Shown here: in pieces, positions 17,303-23,200 of the stretch
Layout: each line of letters starts with the position of its first letter
Numbering within the stretch: position 1 is the stretch's first letter
Assembly: GCA_043798915.1 (NCBI GenBank)
Contig: JAZDOG010000092.1
Location: 1 to 23,200 of the forward strand
DNA length: 23,200 nucleotides
Direction of reading: 5' to 3'
From: Pseudomonadota bacterium
GTDB taxonomy: Bacteria > UBA10199 > 2-02-FULL-44-16 > JAAZCA01
Program-made: the position numbers and the translations under genes
Notes under the pieces: model-generated
Seen by the model: only the letters and a program-made list of their open reading frames with translations
What the model was told of the DNA's origin: nothing
Database searches by the model: none

Positions 17303-18606
17303 CCCCTTCTCCCCCTGAATCTCCCGCCCGCCTTTGCGCCGAGGAAGCCCTCGTAGTGCCTCGTGAGCAGGTGCGACTCGATCTGCGCCAGCGTATCCAT
17401 CGCGACACCCACGACGATGAGGAGCGACGTGCCGCCGAACGTGTACGCGAGCGACGACGGGATCCCGAACTGGCGGATCAAAAGCTCAGGCAGGATGCAG
17501 ATCGTGGCGACGTACAGCGCGCCGCCTAGCGTGATGCGCGTGAGCACCCTGTCTATGTAATCCGACGTGGTCTTGCCCGGCCTGATTCCCGGGATAAACC
17601 CGCCGTATTTCTTCATGTTGTCAGCGACGTCCACGGGGTTGAACGAAACGGCCGTGTAAAAATATGCGAAGAAGATTATCAGCGCTGCGTAGAGCGACGT
17701 ATGTATCCAGCCTTGTGAGAGCGCATCCGATATGTGCTGCATCGGCCCGTTTTTCACGAACTGCGCGATCGTCGCCGGGAACATGATGATGGAGGAGGCG
17801 AAGATCGGCGGGATCACGCCGGCCGTGTTGATCTTCATCGGCAGATGGGAGGACTGGCCCCCGTACATCTTGTTGCCGACCACGCGCTTGGCGTACTGCA
17901 CCGGGAGCCGGCGCTGCGCGCGCTCCATATATATGATCATGCCGATGATGAGCCCCACAAACGCCACCAGGAGCACGAAGCCGAAGAAGCCGCCGAACTG
18001 CTCCTTTGTGAACCACGCGTCGCGGAAGCCGACCGGTATGCGCGTCACGATGCCGGTGAAGATGATGAGGGATATGCCGTTGCCTATGCCGCGCTCGGTG
18101 ATCATCTCGCCCAGCCACATGAGGAAGGCCGTGCCGGCCGCGAGCGTCACCATCGTCGTCACATAGAACTGCCAGGCCGGAACGCCGGGGAGAACCGCCC
18201 CCTGCTGTTCGAGGCCGAAGCTGATCCCCAGGCCCTGTATGAGCGAGAGGACGACCGTGCCATAGCGCGTGTACTGGGTGATCTTCTTGCGGCCCGCCTC
18301 GCCCTCCTTGGAGAGCCTCTCGATCGCGGGGACCGCGACCGTGAGGAGCTGCAGGATGATCGATGCGCTGATGTAAGGCATGATGCCCAGCGCAAAGACG
18401 GAGAACTGCGAAAGCGCGCCGCCGGAGAACAGGTTGAAGATTTCAAAGACCGTGCCCTGAGAGATGATCCTCTTGACCGCCTCAGCGCTGATGCCAGGCG
18501 TCGGAACGAATACGCCCATGCGATAAATTGCGAGCATTGCGACCGTGAAGAGGATGCGTTTTCTCAGCTCGGGTATCTTCGCTATGTTTGTGAACCCGTC
18601 AGCCAC
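17299..18606 (-). CDS. secY: Preprotein translocase subunit SecY
   Basis: [32 protein letters not shown] and [11 protein letters not shown] motifs. Confidence 0.98.
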   Translation of the reverse strand: MADGFTNIAKIPELRKRILFTVAMLAIYRMGVFVPTPGISAEAVKRIISQGTVFEIFNLFSGGALSQFSVFALGIMPYISASIILQLLTVAVPAIERLSKEGEAGRKKITQYTRYGTVVLSLIQGLGISFGLEQQGAVLPGVPAWQFYVTTMVTLAAGTAFLMWLGEMITERGIGNGISLIIFTGIVTRIPVGFRDAWFTKEQFGGFFGFVLLVAFVGLIIGMIIYMERAQRRLPVQYAKRVVGNKMYGGQSSHLPMKINTAGVIPPIFASSIIMFPATIAQFVKNGPMQHISDALSQGWIHTSLYAALIIFFAYFYTAVSFNPVDVADNMKKYGGFIPGIRPGKTTSDYIDRVLTRITLGGALYVATICILPELLIRQFGIPSSLAYTFGGTSLLIVVGVAMDTLAQIESHLLTRHYEGFLGAKAGGRFRGRRG

Positions 18607-19048
18607 CTATCACCTCTGCCCGTCCGCCCGCGGACTCGAGTTTTTTCTTCGCAGACTCTGAAAAAGCCGCCGCCTTGACGGTCAACGCATTCGTTATTTC
18701 GCCGCGGCCGAGGATCTTGAGGCTCCGGGAGCCGCGGCCTATGATCCCCTGCTCGAGCAGGAGTTTTGCCGTCACCTCGGTGCCCGCCGGCAATTTCGCA
18801 AGCTGGTCGACGTTCACTATCTCGAACTCGCGGCGGAAGATGTTGGTGAAACCGCGCTTTGGGAGCCTGCGCTGGAGGGGCATCTGCCCGCCCTCAAAAC
18901 CGACCTTATGGTATCCGCCGGCGCGCGATTTCTGGCCCTTGTGGCCCCTGCATGAAGTGCCGCCATGGCCGGATGCATCGCCGCGCCCAACCCGCTTGGG
19001 ATGTCTTTTTTTCCGGCCAGCCGGTATTCTGATCTCATTGAGCTTCAT
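18599..19048 (-). CDS. rplO: 50S ribosomal protein L15
   Basis: [18 protein letters not shown] and [17 protein letters not shown] motifs. Start set to ATG 19048 after GGAGG. Confidence 0.96.
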   Translation of the reverse strand: MKLNEIRIPAGRKKRHPKRVGRGDASGHGGTSCRGHKGQKSRAGGYHKVGFEGGQMPLQRRLPKRGFTNIFRREFEIVNVDQLAKLPAGTEVTAKLLLEQGIIGRGSRSLKILGRGEITNALTVKAAAFSESAKKKLESAGGRAEVIGG

Positions 19049-19069
19049 CTTCCCTCCGAACACCTCAAC

Positions 19070-19270
19070 TCAAGCGCTCTTCGTTATTCCCTCTTCCACA
19101 ATCTGCACCAGATGAGGGATGCTCTTCACCATCCCGCGCGTTTGCGGTGTATCCTGCAGGACGCGTTCTCCCTGGAGGCGCGAAAGTCCCAGGCCGCGGA
19201 CCGTCTCGCGCTGCTTGGGATATCTGCCGCAGGGGCTATGGACGAGCTTGACTCTCATTAATTTCTGCAT
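19070..19270 (-). CDS. rpmD: 50S ribosomal protein L30
   Basis: VKLVHS, TVRGLGL and RGMV..IPHLV motifs; lies between rpsE and rplO. Confidence 0.93.
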   Translation of the reverse strand: MQKLMRVKLVHSPCGRYPKQRETVRGLGLSRLQGERVLQDTPQTRGMVKSIPHLVQIVEEGITKSA

Positions 19271-19748
19271 TTCCGGACCTCATTCTCAGTTTCCGTTCGG
19301 GTGATATCAGCTGGCTCAGACCGTTTAAGGTGGCCCTGATCACATTGTGCGGATTGCTAGTGCCTATCGACTTCGTCAGGATGTTGCGTATCCCCGCCGA
19401 CTCGACGACAGCGCGCACCGGGCCGCCGGCTATGACGCCGGTTCCGAGCGATGCGGGCTTCATAATAACTTTACCGGCGCCGAAACGACCAAAGACCTCA
19501 TGCGGTATCGTGTCGCCGACGACCGGAATGCGTATCATCTCGCGCTTGGCATGGTCGGTCGCCTTGCGGATGGCTTGAGGGACCTCCTTGGCTTTGCCGA
19601 GGCCAACGCCCACTCGCCCGTTGCCGTCGCCAACCACCACGAGGGCCGAAAAGCTGAACCTCTTGCCGCCCTTGACCACCTTGGCGACGCGGCTGATGTG
19701 GACGACGCGTTCGATCAGATCGGATTTCTGTGACTGAAATCTTTCCAT
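19236..19748 (-). CDS. rpsE: 30S ribosomal protein S5
   Basis: [22 protein letters not shown] and GTGVIAGG motifs. Confidence 0.97.
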   Translation of the reverse strand: MERFQSQKSDLIERVVHISRVAKVVKGGKRFSFSALVVVGDGNGRVGVGLGKAKEVPQAIRKATDHAKREMIRIPVVGDTIPHEVFGRFGAGKVIMKPASLGTGVIAGGPVRAVVESAGIRNILTKSIGTSNPHNVIRATLNGLSQLISPERKLRMRSGNAEINESQARP

Positions 19749-19749
19749 A

Positions 19750-20106
19750 TCAGAATTTCAATCCTTTCTGCCTCGCGGCATCTGCCAGAGCCTTGACCCT
19801 GCCGTGATAGAGGCAGCCGTTGCGGTCGAAAACCACTTGCTCTACACCCTTCAGCTTCGCGCGCTCGGCGATGATTCCGCCGATTGTTTTCGCTGCCTCG
19901 CAATTGCCGGTGCCCTTCTTCCCGTGAAAGTCCTTCTCGCAGGTCGAGGCGGAAGCGACAGTCTGCCCGGTGGCGTCGTCGATGATCTGGACGCTGATGT
20001 GCTTCAAGCTCCTGAAGACGCTCATCCTCGGCCTCGCAGCCGTGCCGGATATCTTCTTCCTGATGCGGCGTTTGCGCCGCCCGCGACCTGCCAGATAGAG
20101 AGACAT
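19750..20106 (-). CDS. rplR: 50S ribosomal protein L18
   Basis: RPRMSVFRS and [20 protein letters not shown] motifs. Confidence 0.97.
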   Translation of the reverse strand: MSLYLAGRGRRKRRIRKKISGTAARPRMSVFRSLKHISVQIIDDATGQTVASASTCEKDFHGKKGTGNCEAAKTIGGIIAERAKLKGVEQVVFDRNGCLYHGRVKALADAARQKGLKF

Positions 20107-20109
20107 ATT

Positions 20110-20673
20110 TTATCCTCCTGTCGTGCCAGCGGCGGCCTTGCCGACCTTCCGCTTCACGACCTCATCTGAATACCTCACGCCCTTGCCCTTATACGGTTCC
20201 GGCGGACGATACCTGCGTATGCACGCGGCCGTCTCGCCGACGAGTTTCTTGTCGATGCCCTGGATCGTTATTCTCGTCTGTTTGTCGACCATGACCGCGA
20301 TTCCATCAGGGAGCGCGAACTCGATCGGGTGCGAGAATCCAAGGCTCAAATTCAGGGCTTTGCCCTTCAGCTCGGCTCGATAGCCCACTCCCACGACGTC
20401 CAGTATGCGGCTGTATCCTGTCGTGACGCCGACCACCATGTTCTGGATGAGAGCGCGGACGAGCCCCTGTTCGGTGCGCGCGCGGCGGCCATCGTCTTTT
20501 CTCGTCACCGCGATCGCACCGTCGGTGATCCTGGTCTCGACGCCCGGGTACCTGCTGGCGTCAAGGATGAGTTTCAGCTCGCCCTTGGGCCCACGGACCG
20601 CAAGCTTCTCGTTTTCAATCTTCGCCGTGACTCCCTTAGGGAGAACCACCGGCTTTTTTCCTATGCGTGACAT
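20110..20673 (-). CDS. rplF: 50S ribosomal protein L6
   Basis: MSRIGKKP, GVGYRA, LGFSHP and PPEPYKGKGVRY motifs. Confidence 0.98.
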   Translation of the reverse strand: MSRIGKKPVVLPKGVTAKIENEKLAVRGPKGELKLILDASRYPGVETRITDGAIAVTRKDDGRRARTEQGLVRALIQNMVVGVTTGYSRILDVVGVGYRAELKGKALNLSLGFSHPIEFALPDGIAVMVDKQTRITIQGIDKKLVGETAACIRRYRPPEPYKGKGVRYSDEVVKRKVGKAAAGTTGG

Positions 20674-20700
20674 GACTTGCTCCTATTAAACCCGGAATGA

Positions 20701-21099
20701 CTACCACACGGTGCAAAGCACCTCTCCCCCCAAACCCTGCCGCTTCGCGTCGGTGTCCCTCATGACGCCCTTTGATGTCGAGAGGATCGCAACACCCACG
20801 CCCTGCCGGCTGGGCCGGATATCGCGTGCCCCGATATAGACCCTGCGCCCCAGCTTGCTCGTCCGGCTCAGATCGGTGAAGATGGGCTGGCCTTCCTCGG
20901 TGTACTTGAGCTCGATGATGAGCGCCTTGCGCCATCCTTCGCCTGCCACCTCCGCGCCTACGATGAAACCCTCGTCCTTGAATATCCGGGCGATGGCCTC
21001 CTTGAGGCTCGAGTGGGGCACGGACACCTGCGGATGCCCGGCATTTGCGGCATTCCTTATCCGCGTGAGCATGTCGGCAATCGGATCATTCACGACCAT
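20701..21099 (-). CDS. rpsH: 30S ribosomal protein S8
   Basis: DPIADMLTRIRNA, ILSTSKGVM and GGEVLC motifs. Confidence 0.98.
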   Translation of the reverse strand: MVVNDPIADMLTRIRNAANAGHPQVSVPHSSLKEAIARIFKDEGFIVGAEVAGEGWRKALIIELKYTEEGQPIFTDLSRTSKLGRRVYIGARDIRPSRQGVGVAILSTSKGVMRDTDAKRQGLGGEVLCTVW

Positions 21100-21148
21100 A
21101 TGATTTCCCTCTCCTTGATTGAGCTCGCCACTGTCATGAGGATGACAA

Positions 21149-21334
21149 TCACCAGCTCGACTTCATCACGCCCGGCAGTTCGCCCTTGAGCGCCATATTG
21201 CGGAAGCAGATGCGGCACATGTCGAACCTGCGCATGTACGCCCTGGGCCTTCCGCAGATCGGGCAACGGCTGTATTTGCGGACGCCGAATTTCTGCTTGC
21301 GCTTCGACTTCACCATTATCGATGTCTTTGCCAT
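21149..21334 (-). CDS. rpsN: 30S ribosomal protein S14, 61-aa Zn-binding type Z
   Basis: MAKTS...RCPICGRPR...MCRICFR...PGVMKSSW. Start set to ATG 21334. Confidence 0.97.
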   Translation of the reverse strand: MAKTSIMVKSKRKQKFGVRKYSRCPICGRPRAYMRRFDMCRICFRNMALKGELPGVMKSSW

Positions 21335-21359
21335 TTTAACCCCGTCTCGTGACGTCTGT

Positions 21360-22067
21360 TCAGGCCGCTCTGAACGGCATTCCCAAAAATCCCAGGAGGG
21401 CCTTGCCCTCCTCGTCGTTGTCCGCAGTCGTGACAAACGTTATGTTCATCCCGTTCACCTTCGACACCTTGTCGAAGTTGATCTCCGGGAAGATGATCTG
21501 CTCTGTCAGCCCCAGCGTGTAGTTCCCGCGGCCATCGAAGGACTTGGGGGACACACCCTTAAAATCGCGGACGCGCGGCATGGCGACATTCACCAGCCTC
21601 TGCATGAACTCATACATCGCCTTTTTTCTGAGCGTCACCATCGCGCCGACCGCCTGGCCCTTGCGGAGCTTGAAGTTGGCTATCGATTTCTTCGCCCTGG
21701 TGATGACCGGCCGCTGACCCGCGATCACCGCAATTTCACCGGCCGCGGTCTCCAGTATCTTGATATCCTGCAGCGCCTCCTTCATGGAGGTGTTGATGAC
21801 GATGCTCCTCAGCCTCGGCACCTGCATGCGGTTCGTGAAGCCGAACTGCTTCATGAGCGCAGGGACACACTCCGTGTTATATTTCTTCTCGAGCTCCGAA
21901 GGGACCTTGGGCTTGAGTTCTTTCCGAGGCTTGGGGGTCGCTTCCTTTTCGTCCTGAGCTTCCTCAGGCTTCGCCTTGTGAGCAGCCTTCTTTTCCTTAT
22001 GCCCTTCGGCAGGCACAGCCTTGGGAGAAGCTTTTTTGTCCGCCTTTTTTGTCTTTTCGTCTGCCAC
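21360..22067 (-). CDS. rplE: 50S ribosomal protein L5 with ~55-aa charged N-terminal extension
   Basis: [19 protein letters not shown] and [10 protein letters not shown] motifs; GTG start with AGGAGG RBS. Confidence 0.96.
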   Translation of the reverse strand: MADEKTKKADKKASPKAVPAEGHKEKKAAHKAKPEEAQDEKEATPKPRKELKPKVPSELEKKYNTECVPALMKQFGFTNRMQVPRLRSIVINTSMKEALQDIKILETAAGEIAVIAGQRPVITRAKKSIANFKLRKGQAVGAMVTLRKKAMYEFMQRLVNVAMPRVRDFKGVSPKSFDGRGNYTLGLTEQIIFPEINFDKVSKVNGMNITFVTTADNDEEGKALLGFLGMPFRAA

Positions 22068-22101
22068 GGCCTTCCTCCTTGCCAGTTACATGTTTCCTAA
22101 G

Positions 22102-22422
22102 TCACTTCACCGCAACCGCGATCACCTCGCCGGTCGCCTTGGCCACGCGGACCTTGCGCCCATCGACGATCTTCGCTCCGATGCGCGACGCCCTGCCCGC
22201 CTTCTCGTCATAGTACATGACATTCGAGATCTGGATGGGCGCCTCTTTATCGATGATGCCGCCCTGGCGGTATTGCTGCGTCGGCTTCTGATGCCGCTTG
22301 ACCATATTGACGCGCTCGACGAGCACCCGGCCCTTCTCGCGATCTATGCTGATCACCCTGCCGGTCTTGCCCTTCTCCTTGCCGGTGATCACCTTGACCA
22401 TGTCGTTTTTGTGGATCTTCAT
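22102..22422 (-). CDS. rplX: 50S ribosomal protein L24
   Basis: KOW motif [26 protein letters not shown]. Start set to ATG 22422. Confidence 0.96.
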   Translation of the reverse strand: MKIHKNDMVKVITGKEKGKTGRVISIDREKGRVLVERVNMVKRHQKPTQQYRQGGIIDKEAPIQISNVMYYDEKAGRASRIGAKIVDGRKVRVAKATGEVIAVAVK

Positions 22423-22435
22423 TGTCGTTCCTCTC

Positions 22436-22804
22436 TCAAAGAACTTCCGGAGCAAGCGAGATGATCTTCGCGAATTTCCTGCCGCGCAGCTCTCGGGCGA
22501 CGGGGCCGAAGATGCGCGTCCCCACCGGCTCGCCCGTATCGCTTATCAGAACAGCCGAGTTCTCGTCGAATCGTATCGCCGATCCGTCGCTGCGCTTGAT
22601 CTCTTTTCTCGTGCGGACTATCACCGCTCTCTTGACGTCCCCCTTCTTCACCTTGGAATTGGGGATCGCCTCCTTGATGGAGACGACGATGATGTCGCCG
22701 ATCGTCGCATAGCGCCGGCGCGTGCCGCCCAGCACCTTGATGCAGCGCACGCGCTTGGCGCCTGAATTGTCCGCAACCTCTAGCTCGCTCATCTGTTGAA
22801 TCAT
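22436..22804 (-). CDS. rplN: 50S ribosomal protein L14
   Basis: [20 protein letters not shown] and IISLAPEVL motifs. Confidence 0.98.
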   Translation of the reverse strand: MIQQMSELEVADNSGAKRVRCIKVLGGTRRRYATIGDIIVVSIKEAIPNSKVKKGDVKRAVIVRTRKEIKRSDGSAIRFDENSAVLISDTGEPVGTRIFGPVARELRGRKFAKIISLAPEVL

Positions 22805-22822
22805 AAATTGCTCCCGCGCCCG

Positions 22823-23089
22823 TCACTCGACTGCGGACGCCTTCGATATTATCTGGTCAACGCGCCAGCGCTTCCGCTTGGACAGCGGCCTGCATTCGCG
22901 GATGAGAACCGTGTCGCCCACACGGCAGGCATCTTTCTCATCATGAGCCATGAATTTGCTCTTGCGCCTCACGTATTTCTTGTATGTCGGCTCAAGCACG
23001 GTGCGGGAGACCTCGACGGTCACGCTCTTCTCCATCGCATCGCTCACGACCACGCCCACCTTGGTCTTTCTCTTGATCTCGGGATTCAT
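22823..23089 (-). CDS. rpsQ: 30S ribosomal protein S17
   Basis: GVVVSD, AHDE and [11 protein letters not shown] motifs. Confidence 0.97.
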   Translation of the reverse strand: MNPEIKRKTKVGVVVSDAMEKSVTVEVSRTVLEPTYKKYVRRKSKFMAHDEKDACRVGDTVLIRECRPLSKRKRWRVDQIISKASAVE

Positions 23090-23200
23090 CGGCTCGCAAC
23101 CTTCCTTTCTTCCTTGAGCTTGCGCTCGCTCTGCGTGGTCTTCACCCTCGCGAGATCCCTCCTCGCCTTGCGGATGCCGGAGTTCTGCTTCAACTGTCCA
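23086..23200 (-). CDS. rpmC: 50S ribosomal protein L29, 3' part only
   Basis: Manual translation ...[41 protein letters not shown] overlap with rpsQ; expected operon position. Confidence 0.9.
   Translation of the reverse strand, partial: GQLKQNSGIRKARRDLARVKTTQSERKLKEERKVASR

Overview
The right two-thirds of the window (about 7.9-23.2 kb, all on the minus strand, GC-rich) is core bacterial chromosome; the RpoA and ribosomal proteins look deltaproteobacterial. It carries the S10-end/spc/alpha cluster (rpmC partial through rplQ), followed with almost no gaps by a TlpA-type thioredoxin, hutU, hutI, a predicted outer-membrane protein and tRNA-Ala(GGC). Downstream of the tRNA is accessory DNA. 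A ~6 kb segment bounded by a 65-bp direct repeat (tRNA 3' end plus terminator) holds a HigBA-type toxin-antitoxin pair and a pstS-C-A-B-B-phoU operon, but no integrase. Beyond it lie a solo YjjJ/HipA-like kinase gene and the 5' end of a RAYT (Y1 HUH) transposase preceded by a stuttered 35-bp repeat. The most unusual observations are: (1) a 96-bp in-frame patch in hutU where 32 consecutive codons are all minimal-GC, consistent with focal C>T/G>A hypermutation; (2) two PstB subunits whose degenerate motifs all fall in one composite ATP site; (3) the integrase-free tRNA-Ala island; (4) the RAYT-adjacent repeat with nested stutters. All calls come from motif recognition by eye; no searches were run.
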